This document shows, one piece after another, positions 43,215 to 55,384 of a stretch of 64,000 bases of DNA (position 1 is the first letter of the stretch; each line of letters begins with the position of its first letter). The stretch covers positions 1 to 64,000 of the forward strand of contig JAANOX010000144.1 of NCBI GenBank assembly GCA_020184695.1, written 5' to 3'. The stretch comes from Histomonas meleagridis 2922-C6/04-290x (lineage: Eukaryota > Protista > Parabasalia). The position numbers and the translations under genes are program-made. Under the pieces are notes generated by a model. That model was not told the origin of the DNA and made no database searches. It was given only the letters and a program-made list of their open reading frames with translations.

Positions 43215-44687
43215 GTTACCACCTTTTACATCACACCAAAAAAGAACAACAATTTTGAAGTACTTTATCAAACCTCATCATATTATTTTAAGAGTATCAA
43301 GAATTCAAGCTTTTATTCTTCTCATTTTTATTTCTCAACTTTTGACAATTCAACTAAAACACTTTCTATTTCCAATTCAACAGATTATGGCAATATATCG
43401 CTATATAAAAACGAAACAAAATTTCTTATTATTGGAGGTAATGTCACTGGAATTACAGGTAATAGTTTTTCAGAGTGGAATAATTTGGAAAGTGTAAAAA
43501 TGATTGAATCAATCACTTCCATTGGATATTATGCATTTTCATCATGTTCTAATTTGAGAATATTTTTTATTGGAGAAAATGTAGAAATAATTGGAAATTA
43601 TGCATTTTCTAATTGCACATCATTAGAAAATATTACAATTCCAAACAAAGTAACAGAAATTGGAAATTCTGCATTTGAATTTTGTTTTAATCTTCAAATG
43701 ATTAAAGTTTCAAGCGAAAACACAAATTATTCCAATTATAACGAAGATGGAATTTTATATAACAAAAACGTCACCAAAATTATTTGTTATCCATGTGGGA
43801 AAACAAACGAAACATATACATTCCCAACAAATGTCAGTGTAATTGGTGTTAATGCATTCTGTAATTGTATCTCATTAAGGAACATCGAAATTCCATGCAA
43901 TATAACATCAATTGGCGACAAAGCATTTTCATCATGCTGCAATCTCACATGTATTTTTTATTATGGGGAAACAGTCCCAACGAATACATCGAATGTATTT
44001 GATAATAATAATTTAATCAGAAGTGTCATGACAATCGATTCATATAGGGGCCAAACATTCTGCGGTATAAATGTCAGTAAAGGAACAGTAATTGATGAAT
44101 GTCTCCCACCAACGCAATCATTCACACGATCGAACACATACTCAAACACATTTACGAATGCATTTACCAAGTCTAATACATTAACGAAGTCAAATACATT
44201 CACTAAGTCGAATACTTTTACGAAGTCGAATACATTATTACCTTCGAATGTAACGCTCACACTTTCGATTACGAATTCATATTCCATTACTGAAACTGTT
44301 ACAATTTCTGGCACATATTCTTATTCATATGTGTTGACTTGAATTGGAGTCGGAACAGATTTAATTTATTATGAATATATTGTAACTCGTTATTCGACGT
44401 TATATAGCTTTTATTCGAATTTCTTCACAATTATCGACATCATAAATCCTGTTGAAAAAGGTATTTCTCAAAAGTCTTTAATAGGTATTATCTGTGGCGC
44501 GGTGGTTGCAGTTTTGCTGATTTTGGGAATTATCATATTTCTGGTAAAGATATCAAAGAAAAGTAACAGCAAATCAACAGCGGTAAAATTCGAACCTAAA
44601 AATTCAACCGGAAGCGATATGAAATCAGATAAAGTAAATCAGGAATATAATGTGCTCGTGCTGAAAGATCAGGACCAATGGATATAA
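43215..44687 (+). pseudogene. BspA-like LRR surface protein with FTKSNT repeats, TM helix and tail; in-frame TGA at 44340-44342 and no clear start codon
   Basis: LRR_5 motifs and NDGILYNK..TKII.YP. The frame of 43485-44342 continues without shift into the TM segment of 44502-44687. Confidence 0.8.
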
Positions 44688-44956
44688 AAATGATAATAAT
44701 GTGTCATTACTTTAAACAGAAAGAACTTTTGTAAATGTTAAACATGAGTCAATGACTTCGTGAAATAATTTTCGTTTTTATGTAATTTTAATGTTTATAT
44801 AATTGACAAAAATAACATTTAAACTTTTTTAGTAATTTCTTGAATATTTATTCCATATGTTTTGAACTTGATGTTACCGAATTTTGCTCACTCTTTATCC
44901 AGTTGTATTCTTTAATTAATTGGTTTTTAAATTTTTTTCATATTAATTTATTTATT

Positions 44957-45800
44957 TTAAAGCAAAGACTCAAGTGCACTGATTACTTCATCAGCGTTTG
45001 GTCTTTTGCTTGAATCCTTATCAGTCATATTCCTGATAAGTGATTTTAATTTTTCGTCAGTATTTATGTTCGCTTCGCCGTTTTCCTTAAGTTTTTTTAT
45101 AGTTTTCATTTTCGATATTTGAGTATTAAATGACCCAAAAAACTTCGAGGAAAATGATTCCAAGGCTATAAATATCAAATTTAGGACTCAGCTTTTCCTT
45201 TTTTCATGTTCCGGAGAAGCATAAAGTGGAGTCGAACTTTTTATGGCATCGTCACTTATGAACATATTAAATGATGAGATGCCAATGTCAATGATCTTTG
45301 GAAGACCATCGTTTCCAATAAAAATATTGGAGGGCTTTAAGTCACGATGAATGATGTTGTTATCGTGGAGATATTTAAGGCCCTTAGAAATATAAATACA
45401 CTTTTGAAGTTTGTCTTTTTCACACAATTCAGTGATATTTAAGTTTGGACATAACTCCATTTGAATATATAATGAAACATTGTCCTTTTGTGGATTGCGT
45501 TCAATATGTCATAACATTTGATAACATTGGGATGCGAAATTTGTAATAATATTATATATTTAACTGCATTTCATATTCATTATATTGACCAGATATTGGA
45601 CTAACATTTATCAAAGATTATGTGTTTGTAACAATTGAGATATTAAATATGCTATTGAAACATTAATATTTCAGTTGCAATAATTTATTATCTGCGATTA
45701 TCACATAAAATAGTTGGATTGATAAATGTATTTAATGTATGTATTTGATCCTCTTTTTGTTGATGATTTCCTTTGCATAATAAATTTGATCAATCAACAA
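44957..45800 (-). pseudogene. Fragmented Ser/Thr protein kinase
   Basis: HPNVIKCYD, YIQMELC, IHRDLKPSNIFI...PKIIDIG, TPLYASPE and DSSKRPNA lie in shifting frames with stops. Confidence 0.8.
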
Positions 45801-46210
45801 GCAGAAATTCGAACTTTTTGAGGTAATATGATTTGTTTATTTAGCTTGTGTAGATGATCAAAGAATCATGTAGTAGGAGAAAGGGTATACTAACACATAT
45901 AAACATATTGATTAAGCATTAACATTGTTATGGGCGACCAAAGACCAAAATGCACAAACCTTCATTCTAATATTAAACAAATTTTCTCACTAAATTCACT
46001 TTCAAAATATGAAATTCATCTTGTTCATTTCTGTAAATACTGGTGTTTGCAAATGCTGAGTCTGACATTTTATTCATAAAATTGAATACAAATAACGTTA
46101 TTGCGTTTAATTTTTCTACGAAATTGTTTGTATTTTCAATATTTTATGTATTTTTATATCAAAAAGTTGTTTCTTATTTTTTACAACCCATCCAACGCAA
46201 TCGTTTGCTT

Positions 46211-47290
46211 CTAACCAGAAACTTGTTTAAATTCTGGATGGAATTTCAGAACCTCGTTCCACAGCAACACCTTCAAATCATGCAGGGTTAGATCTGATGA
46301 CTCGAATTCGAATTCATCCAGTGGAAATGTTACCGGTTCATCGAAAGGATCATGAAGCTGTTGTAAGAAAGGATGCTCTAATGCCTCCTCTACTGTTATT
46401 CTTTTTTTCGGATTCCATGTTAACATCTTTTCAAGGATATCAACAATTACTGGATCAAGCCCAGGAAACAGAAGCCCGAACGGAACCTTTGGCTTGAATG
46501 GCAAGCTTTGCATGAACTGCCGAGCCTTTGGGTTTGTGCAATCGACCAAATCTTCCTCAGTTGGAGATCCAATAGTATCTGCTATCAGAGCTAATTGGTT
46601 CATTGTACCCTTTCCAGGGAATAAGGCACGACGGAGAATAAGTTCTGCTAAAATACAACCGACACTCCACATATCCATTGCAAACCCATATTTATCATAG
46701 TTAAGAAGTACTTCTGGAGCACGATACCACCGTGTGGCAACATATTCTGTAAGATATTCAAAGCCATTGCTGGGATCGGAAACACGAGCAAGACCAAAAT
46801 CACATATTTTTAAATCGCAATTGGCATTGAGAAGAAGATTACTAGGTTTAAGATCGCGGTGAAGAATGTTTGCTGAGTGAAGGTACTTAAGACCACGCAA
46901 TAACTGGTAAATAAAATACTTCCAATGATCAACTATTAATGGCTGTGGACTGGAAATAATTTTAAACATATCCGTCTCCATAAGATCAATCACCATGATG
47001 ATGACACGGAAATTTTCAAATGAAGGAAGTGTTGTTACATTGTGAAGATTTGTAATGTTTTCATGTCGAAGATGAGTGAGAATTCTGATTTCACGAAGTG
47101 TACGCTTGGCATCTAGGGTAGATTCAAACAAACGTTCAATTCGTTTAACAGCAACATGTTGATTTGTAACTTTATCAATTGCTTCAAAAACAATTCCGTT
47201 GGCACCTCTCCCGAGAAATTTTATAAAATGATAGCGTCCTTGCGTTTCGGCTTCAAGTTGTTGTAAGCTGAAACTTTGATTGTTTTGCAT
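46211..47290 (-). CDS. MAP kinase (CMGC, TEY activation loop)
   Basis: GRGANGIV, VAVKRI, HRDLKPSN, DFGLAR, LTEYVATRWYRAPE. Confidence 0.96.
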   Translation of the reverse strand: MQNNQSFSLQQLEAETQGRYHFIKFLGRGANGIVFEAIDKVTNQHVAVKRIERLFESTLDAKRTLREIRILTHLRHENITNLHNVTTLPSFENFRVIIMVIDLMETDMFKIISSPQPLIVDHWKYFIYQLLRGLKYLHSANILHRDLKPSNLLLNANCDLKICDFGLARVSDPSNGFEYLTEYVATRWYRAPEVLLNYDKYGFAMDMWSVGCILAELILRRALFPGKGTMNQLALIADTIGSPTEEDLVDCTNPKARQFMQSLPFKPKVPFGLLFPGLDPVIVDILEKMLTWNPKKRITVEEALEHPFLQQLHDPFDEPVTFPLDEFEFESSDLTLHDLKVLLWNEVLKFHPEFKQVSG

Positions 47291-48010
47291 TGCTTTAATT
47301 TATCAGAAGAAGATATTTGTCACTTTTGAGGATAACATTTGAAAAAATGAAAATTAATTTGACCAAAAGCCGATACATATAGAATAATGTGTACGGCCAA
47401 AAGAAAAAGTATAAATTTGAACACACCGAATTCAAAAAGTAATATATTATCCAGAAAAAGTGTTTTCTCAATCAAAATTTGTATGAAAATATAAACTGAT
47501 TGTAATTGAAGAAATAATTCAAAAAATATGAAAAAGAAAGCATATCTCAGAGCTATACCTTGTGTTAAACACAAAACACAATTATTCTATATATATCTTT
47601 TGAGTTATTCTCGCATATTTTTTCGAAATTAAATGAATAATTAAAAAAGCAAAGTATTTTCTCCATAATATAATTAAGTGAATCACCAAGTCAGTAAAAG
47701 CATATATTTATTGATAATCTATTTTTTGTTAAGGAATAATTATGTAACATTTAATTCAATTTTTTCTCATATTATTGGAGTAACAATCCTATTTAGCATT
47801 AGCAAGCTAAATATTTTTATGACAATATTAAATGTATGTGATTTTTGAAATTAAATTTGATGATTGTAAAGTGTATCTAAAAGTCAGCAAATATTAACTT
47901 TTATAATCTTTTATATACATTTTTAAATAAACCTTAAAAAGGGAAATACAACCCAAAAATCACATGGCATTGCAAATGGAAAATATGAAATAAACGGTCG
48001 TAACAATATT

Positions 48011-48032
48011 GGCGGTTATGGTCCTTCCTTTT
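48011..48032 (+). promoter_or_regulatory. Trichomonad M3 (GGCGGTTA) plus M5 (CCTTT) core promoter of RPS8
   Basis: M3 at 48011-48018, CCTTTT at 48027-48032, ATG at 48037. Confidence 0.75.
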
Positions 48033-48036
48033 ACAA

Positions 48037-48636
48037 ATGGGTATCACACGTATGGGAGATCTCAAGCGCGCAAAGTCAGGTGCACGTTCAGTTGCCTGGC
48101 GTAACAAGCGTAATCATGCTGTTGGTCGTCCAGCTGCTAACACACGTATCGGTGAAAAGAGAATCCACCTTGTTCGTACACGTGGTGGTAACTACAAGCG
48201 CAGAGCTCTTCGTCTTGATCATGGCACATTTTCATGGGCCTCAGAAAACGTTTCACGTAAGACACGTATCCTTTCCACAGTTTATCATCCATCTGATAAC
48301 GAATTCGTCCGTACAAACACACTTACAAAGGGATCCATTGTTTCTATTGATTCTGCTCCATTCAAGCAATGGTATGAACGCCATTATGGTAAAGGACTTG
48401 GTCGTTCCCAATACGAAAAACCAGCAAATGTTAGCGAAAGAGTTAAGCAAAGATGGGAGAAGCTTGCTAACGAAGCTCCACTTGCTAACAACTTAGTTTC
48501 ACAATTCGATCAAGGACGTGTTCTTGCAGCAATTGCTTCCCGCCCAGGTCAATGTGGTCGTGCTGATGGCTATATCCTTGAAGGTGAAGAACTCGATTTC
48601 TACATGGCTCGTGTATCAAAGAAGGGCAAGAAATAA
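48037..48636 (+). CDS. RPS8: 40S ribosomal protein S8 (eS8)
   Basis: MGITR...KRA.SG..., GRPAANTRIG, RTRGGNYKRRALRL, SRPGQCGRADGYILEGEEL.FY. Confidence 0.97.
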   Translation: MGITRMGDLKRAKSGARSVAWRNKRNHAVGRPAANTRIGEKRIHLVRTRGGNYKRRALRLDHGTFSWASENVSRKTRILSTVYHPSDNEFVRTNTLTKGSIVSIDSAPFKQWYERHYGKGLGRSQYEKPANVSERVKQRWEKLANEAPLANNLVSQFDQGRVLAAIASRPGQCGRADGYILEGEELDFYMARVSKKGKK

Positions 48637-48709
48637 AGGAATTTCCTTTTGAATATTTTACATGATGTAAATTTTTCAAAAATTGTGTTTATTTTGACAC
48701 TACATAGAA

Positions 48710-49660
48710 ATGAGCGGCGAAGAGAATTTTTTCTACGAATTCCTCCTAAATTATGAGAATGAGGAATCGTCGTCTTCAGATGATGAAGTATATAAACCTG
48801 ATGATGCAACTGATGATGAAGATGATATTGACGTCTCAATAGATGCTCAAGAAACTACACAGAATCAATCTTCACTTGATTTATCAGCTGTTATGAAAAG
48901 ACTTGAAGATCGCACACGTATTCCAACAAGCCAGATTTTTGTTACGCCTTTACCTAAACTTGAAGATGTTCCTGGATCCCAATTTACTCTTCCTCAATGG
49001 GAATTACTACGACACCAATGTCGTATGCACTTTGCATTGCTTTGCCGTTCTCTTAAATTCGCATCTTTTTGTGCATCTAGCGATACCATTCTTAATGGGA
49101 TACTTGCACAAATATACTCATTTAATGAAATTTTTAAATCTTCTATTAAAGCCACTGATTATCTCAACAAACTATTTAGTAGACGCATTTTTGTTCCTGT
49201 AATTGGTGATCCAAAAAAATCATCCATCATTTTGACAGACCAAATTATTGACCACTTTCTGAAAGGCAAATCCTTAGATGATCTTGTTGAAGCTCCGTTA
49301 TTTAATGATCTTCTTCAAGGTTCTCCATTTGCTGATGAAGGTCGACCATTTATTTTTGGCATAAATAATGCGTGGACATTAGAAGAAGAAGAACTACTTC
49401 AAGTTGCTGCACAGAGATTTTCGACCCCAGCCGAAATTCAGAAATACGTTATTCCATGTCGAAGTATCGAAATCATCTCAGAGCACCTTAAAAAGGAATG
49501 GATTCATGAGAAAGCAACCCCTGAAACAAGAAAAGGGAGCAGAAAAAGAAAAACAGGTGCAAATGATCAAGCTCCTAAAAATGATCAGGAAGATGATCAA
49601 ATGTTTATCATACAAGATGGAATGCAATTTACAGATGTTGGAAAGCTCCCAAATGCATAA
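48710..49660 (+). CDS. Hypothetical nuclear protein with acidic tract and C-terminal SANT/Myb-like motif (GON4L-like pattern)
   Basis: FYEFL..Y...SSSDDEVY.PDD, FT..QW..LR.QC..HF.LL, NAWTLEEEELL...A.RF. Confidence 0.5.
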   Translation: MSGEENFFYEFLLNYENEESSSSDDEVYKPDDATDDEDDIDVSIDAQETTQNQSSLDLSAVMKRLEDRTRIPTSQIFVTPLPKLEDVPGSQFTLPQWELLRHQCRMHFALLCRSLKFASFCASSDTILNGILAQIYSFNEIFKSSIKATDYLNKLFSRRIFVPVIGDPKKSSIILTDQIIDHFLKGKSLDDLVEAPLFNDLLQGSPFADEGRPFIFGINNAWTLEEEELLQVAAQRFSTPAEIQKYVIPCRSIEIISEHLKKEWIHEKATPETRKGSRKRKTGANDQAPKNDQEDDQMFIIQDGMQFTDVGKLPNA

Positions 49661-49696
49661 GGCTTTGTTTTTATAATTAATTAAAAATTATTTTTT

Positions 49697-50182
49697 TTAC
49701 CAAGTTTCACGGAATGGTGTGAAGCAAACAGCTTTGATGACTTCTGGTTTCACAACGTGGGCTTCCTTTGGTTGGGCTGGAAGGCGCTTCAAAGCTGATT
49801 TGTCGAGTTTGATTCCCTTTTCTTTAGCTTCTTTCTTAAGCTTTTGGGTTTGTGCAACACGGTTCTTGAAATCATCCCTGCACTTTGAGTGTTGAATGTG
49901 CTCTGTGCGAACATAGATACGCTTTGGAGCAATATGATTATTGACACGGCGATAAATTAAAAGACCAACTGCGTGTGGTGAAACATTCCAAACTGTTCCT
50001 GTACGGCCATTGTAAAGACGGTGTGGCATACCTTTCATAACAGCTGAGTTTACATGAACATCAACAATATCACCAATTCTGAAAGTACGAAGTTGTTGGG
50101 ATGGAGCTGGCATTCCGTGTTTCCTGAACTTACGTGCAAAGAGATAGCGTGTTCCCCAACGAAGACCGGCTGTATGACCCAT
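49697..50182 (-). CDS. RPL21: 60S ribosomal protein L21 (eL21); true ATG at 50182
   Basis: MGHTAGLRWGTRYLFARKFRKHG...GDIVD...GMPHR.Y.GRTG.VWNV...KRIYVR.EH. M5 (CCTTTT) at 50187-50192 and M3 at 50199-50206 lie upstream on the minus strand. Confidence 0.96.
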   Translation of the reverse strand: MGHTAGLRWGTRYLFARKFRKHGMPAPSQQLRTFRIGDIVDVHVNSAVMKGMPHRLYNGRTGTVWNVSPHAVGLLIYRRVNNHIAPKRIYVRTEHIQHSKCRDDFKNRVAQTQKLKKEAKEKGIKLDKSALKRLPAQPKEAHVVKPEVIKAVCFTPFRETW

Positions 50183-52839
50183 TCTTAAAAGGACGGCCAA
50201 ACCGCAAAAAACGTTTAAAAAGGCACCCCAAATTAAATACCACAAGCCAGTATTGAGAAATTACATAATATAAGTCCATCTGAATTACAAAAAAAGTTTA
50301 ATATTGCTAAAGTTGATGTTATTAAAAATATTCATGAAAAATTATTATTAAAATATAATAAAATTAATAATATTATTGTTCAATTAAGATAAACGAGTTA
50401 CTAAAATAATGAATTATTTTATATTTGGATATAATCTTTTTGATTTTGGTAAGATAGTATTGAAATTCAAACTAAAGGTTGATTTAATCTTAAATTTTAA
50501 TGAAGATATTTATGTTTTTCCTAAACAACATTTTTCATGATTGTGTTTATTTCAAAAAAAATAGCATTTTCATTTATTATCCAATTGCATGCATATTAAA
50601 TTTAATATGTATACAAAATTAGCATTTAAAACCTGCGCACCTCAGATTGTATTATTTAAAATAAGTTTTCGAAATGAGAAAAACGATTAAAATTCACTCA
50701 ATTGATTGTATCTCGAAAAATAGATTATCTTGATAATATGAATGATTTTAAAATATTGCATCCTTAAAGTACAAAAAATTTGTCATTTTTTTATCTAAGA
50801 AGATTGTTATATTCAATAATTCTTCATTACGTAATAATAATATATAAATGGTAAATGAAATTAATTTCGTTTACTCTATTGTTTCATTAATATTTTTTTA
50901 TGGAGTAAGTCGAAATGAGTAAATTGTTTCATTGAAATTAATTGCGTTCAAAATTTATAAATTTATAAAAATCAACGGTTTCCATCGTTATCATTATGGG
51001 GCTTCCCATGTGTCATTTTTCTAATAAGTTCCTGTGACCAATAACAGAAATACATCAGAAAGAAAAATACATTATGATGGTTAAAACATGGATAAAAAAT
51101 TCGATTTTGTGGTTTTAAAAAGCTTCCTGATTATCTAATGTTTTCCATCATCGAAGTTAATGCTAAAATCTCATGAGGAGAATTCATTACCCAAAAAAGA
51201 TATCTGGAAATTTCGTGCTCATCTTTGTAAAAATCTACTACACAAATAAACCACAATGAAGAGTGTTATGTATATATCCCCCGCACCCAAATTTAAAGAA
51301 AAAAAACATACAAATACATGGAAAAACCATATAAAGCTGTCTGAGCTTGGCCCCATAGTAAATCAAATGTAGATAACAGTTAATGAATTTTATTATGGGA
51401 TCAAATTTGATTTTCAAGAGTTTTTCAAAATTAATTAAGATTATTAAAATGGATAATTTTTGAATTTAAAACACAATGTTTATTAAAGATTTATCCGAAA
51501 AAATATAAATGTACTTCGAAGTCTCTTGTTATAATATCTTATTAAAATTATTAGAAATTAGAAGAATTTTCGATCCAGACATCGATAGGTTCATCCTCTC
51601 AAATCTGGAAGCGCCATTCATCACATCCAGAAAAAATTCATATCTAAAAACTATTACTGACTCAGCTGCTGAGACAAGATCTTGTCATGATCTGATCAAT
51701 GAACTCGAAGAACATGAAGAAACAAGCTTCATTAAAAGAAAAAAAAAATAATTTCCTGTTCATCATTGAAGAAGACTTTGACAGGGCAGAAGTTTCAAAT
51801 TCTTTACAAAACCCTGCTGAATACCACCGAAAACACAAAATAGATGTTAGTAATCGATGGGATTAATCAAATGAATGCAATAGATATTGCGATGTTATCA
51901 TTTTATGAATGGGGGCTAATGGAAGAAGAAACAGTGTCTACAGAAAACATAGCTCATTTTAGAATTGAATGTTGGGGAAAAGCCGAAAAAAGTTCCTTAA
52001 ATAGTAAAAAAGCTCGTTAAAAATAAAAATAATTTTTTTTTTCAAAATTATATACCGGTCATTATAATTCTCATTGGTGATCTAGAATGAAAATTATCTG
52101 CTGTTTAGATGAGGAAGTAACTGATGATTAGATGGAGAAGTAAATGATGATTGCACACCTCAAAAATGAAAATGGCGCCTAAACTTCGGCTACCTGCCAA
52201 CAGAGCGTAAATCAATTCCAAAAATTCTATGAGGTCTCTCATGCCGAAATTTCAATTAAATGTTACACACCCCAAAATTTTGAAGTATAAGATCAATACA
52301 ACAAGGTTTAATAAAGTGCCGAAGAATTTTAAATAATAGGAAATTGAAGAATAAAATAACGAGCGACCGTTAAGAGAATGAAAAAAAATGATTAAATAAA
52401 AAAGTTCAATAAATAAAAATTAAAAATAAAAATTGATAGTAAATAAAATGAATAAAATAAGGTATAAAATATAAATTCAAACATTAAAAAAGAATCTGAT
52501 TAATTTTTAAAGTAATTAGATATCAATGCAAAAATATAATGTATTTTAGGATATATTTTTCTGTGGTTTATATGTTTTGCGCAAGTTTAAAAAATCTTCT
52601 TCTCAAAATAATCATTGATTCTCAACTTAATAGTTATGGAAAAATAGAGATTTTCCATATAAAAATAATTTAAATATACAGCTATTTCGGAGTAACATCA
52701 ACTTTCAATTAAGAGATATTTTTATTTTACTAAAATCTTAAAAAGATAAACAGTCTTTTTAAACGCATCAGTCAACCATTCTGATAAGTGGTAATCGTGC
52801 AAGTTATCAAAAAATCTAGAACACTTACCAAAGTCTAAA

Positions 52840-54037
52840 CTAAATGGCACCTTTTTCACTGAGTAATTGTTTTATTTCTCTGAAACCCAACTGTTTAGCA
52901 ATTGCAATTGCTGTTTCAAATTATTAAAACATATATCAAATTATTTAAACATATTTCAAATCATTAAAACATATTATAAATTATTAAAATGAATATTTTT
53001 TGCATTAACATCAATTCCTTCTTTATCTAAAAGTAATTTTACTATTTCTATATTCTTATTTCTAACTGCTATATGAAGTGCTGTTTCAAATTATTAAAAC
53101 ATATTACAAATTATTTAAATAAACAGTTTTTGCATTCACATTAAATCCTTTATCTAAAACTAATTTTACGATTTCTATATTTCCTGATTTAACTGAATAT
53201 GGTAAAATTGTTTTTGGAATTTGCTGACTTTCTATGTCACTTTCTATTACAAATGTATTTCCTTTTGATGCTATTTCTTCTATAATTTCATTATTCATAT
53301 TCATTCCTTCTTTTTCTAAAAACATGAAGATTTCATAATTATTAAACTTTATACATTTTTTCCCCAAGATATGTTAAATTTTCTCCACTTAAATTACAAT
53401 TATCTTGATTTTCGATATCAGAATTCGATTTTGTAAAAGAAAAGTTTGAAGATGAAAATTTTCCAATTTTATTTTCATAAAGATAATGAAAAATTTCATT
53501 TCGATGAAATTCTATTGCTGTTTCATATGCTTCTGTAAATGATGAATTATTTTGTTCACATAAATGAATAATTTCTAAGTTTCCACCTGCAATTGCATAT
53601 TTACCTGTGTTATCTAATTTTGCATTATTCATAAGTAAATATTTAAAACAATTAATTGATCCAAAAAATGCGCAATAATCAATTAATGAAACATTTTTAG
53701 TATTAACAAATGAACATCTTTCATAAAGTGATGGCTCAATTGTTTGATTAAAGTCAAATTCATTATGTGATGATATTCCTTGAAGCTTTTCTAAATCATC
53801 ATTTCGAAGTACTTTCGCAATTTCTAATGGATTAACTCCTTCTTTTACATATTGCATATGACGCTTCCAATCATCTTTTGATAATTCATCAAGTGCTGAG
53901 ATGAATTCTTTAATAATTTGTGGTTCTGGATTTTTGTCCTCCAAATCATTTATTTCTTCTCTTGTTTTATATTGAGAAAAATATAATGTGTTCATGTTCA
54001 TCACTGAAGATGGTTCAATTATTTCTTCTTCGATCAT
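52840..54037 (-). CDS. DUF3447 plus ankyrin gene with a homopolymer frameshift (about 53360) and two spacers (43 and 83 nt) made of near-perfect 20-nt tandem units
   Basis: IAKVLRNDDLEKLQ...IEPSLYER...SLIDYCAFFGSINCFKYL...YAIAGGN.EII..CEQ. Spacers at 53085-53127 and 52915-52997. Ends TAIAIAKQLGFREIKQLLSEKGAI*. Confidence 0.8.
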
Positions 54038-54199
54038 CTTTTCAAAAAAAAGAAATATGATTCTTGCTTTACTATTTTCAGTAAATATTCACAAAAGATT
54101 TGAACAAGATTAGCTTCAGTTTCACTTTTGTTTTTATCTTTTTCATCTTCTTTTTCTTTTAAAGTTAATAAATATTTAATATATATATTTTCATTATTT

Positions 54200-54467
54200 G
54201 ATTGAGAAACAAAAGCTGAATAGATGAGTATGGAAACAAGAGATCAATGAAAATCAATGAATCAATGAAATCAAGTACTGGTCTTCCTGGACTCTAAATA
54301 TTCGTTATTTCAGATCTCCCTAATTTGAATTGATGCAGCCAAAATTTTATGGTATTAATATTTAGTGCATCTTGGTGATAAACATCATCTAACTCTTGTT
54401 TAATTTGGCTAAGTTTAAAGCCTTTTCGTTTCATAAAAAATATTACTGCTCTTTTTTCGACTTCCAT
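54200..54467 (-). mobile_element. Mariner-type transposase 5' fragment (N-terminal HTH)
   Basis: MEVEKRAVIFFMKRKG....QIKQEL..VY...AL...TIKFW...FK.GR.EI..*SPGRP matches the mariner HTH pattern; no catalytic domain follows. Confidence 0.75.
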
Positions 54468-55332
54468 AAAAATGAAATACGTTATAATAAATGACAATAT
54501 GACGATTTATTTTTGATATTTTCTTAATATATGACATATTGGTAGGTATATTATAATGCGGTCGGGACTGATCCCGACCTTTTCTTTTAACATAAAGGGC
54601 ATTTCGGGCTCTTCAGCCCCCTATGTTGGCTCGCTTCGCGCGCTACGAAATGATTTTTGTGAGCCATACAATTCGTATGAAATTTTGAATGCGCATTTAA
54701 TATTGATAAGAAGGGGGACTTTTATGCCACTTATCACGTAAACTTATCAAAAACCTCCTGAAAAATGCTGTGTTATATATAGCCATTTAAATGATCAAAA
54801 AGTAAATGCAGACTTCGTTGAGCCTGCACATTATCATCCATCATTTTTTGATCTAGTGTCTATTTATGGCTTAAGAAGGAAATTTTTGTGGGGTTGGTGG
54901 ATTCCTATATCTTAAATATATCTTAGTAACTTCAAATTGGTTTGGAATTGAGTTACATATGCTTCATCAAATGAATGATTTTATTCGCATAAATGAATGA
55001 CTCTGAATTTCCATCTGCATGTTTCAGCGCAACATTTACATCAACACCATTCATAATGTTGTTTACACTCAAAAAAATTAAAGGAAAAATAGTGAAATGA
55101 AAACTAATTTTTATTATTAATTTTTCATCATTTTTATGGTTCAGCATCTATTTCTTCAACATAACTTATTTCACTGCTGACTTGTTTGTTACTTCTTTTA
55201 CGAATTACTAAAAATACTATTAAAACTGCAATAATTGCAGTCTATTATTTTCATTAAAAATGTTTTTTGGTTGATTTTTCGTTTTTTTTTATTGTTAGCA
55301 GATAAAAAATGACAGAAATTTAATTGAGTGGT

Positions 55333-55384
55333 TTATTCGAATGGGTCCCTTTAATCGTTTTCTATTCAAATCCAATTGTCACCC
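55333..55384 (+). repeat. Dispersed 52-bp repeat, copy 2
   Basis: Near-identical to 3066-3117. Confidence 0.8.

Noticed and set aside
39429-44342. TGA recoding (in-frame TGA at 39429, 39975 and 44340 with sense continuing)
   Set aside because: Intact genes in the window end in TGA (15679, 18621, 57684). The transposon ORF also has a TAG and frameshifts, which fits ordinary decay.
50900-52380. Degenerate coding-like stretch including ORF 51509-51751
   Set aside because: Fragments lie in several frames with no recognisable motif, so no product can be assigned.
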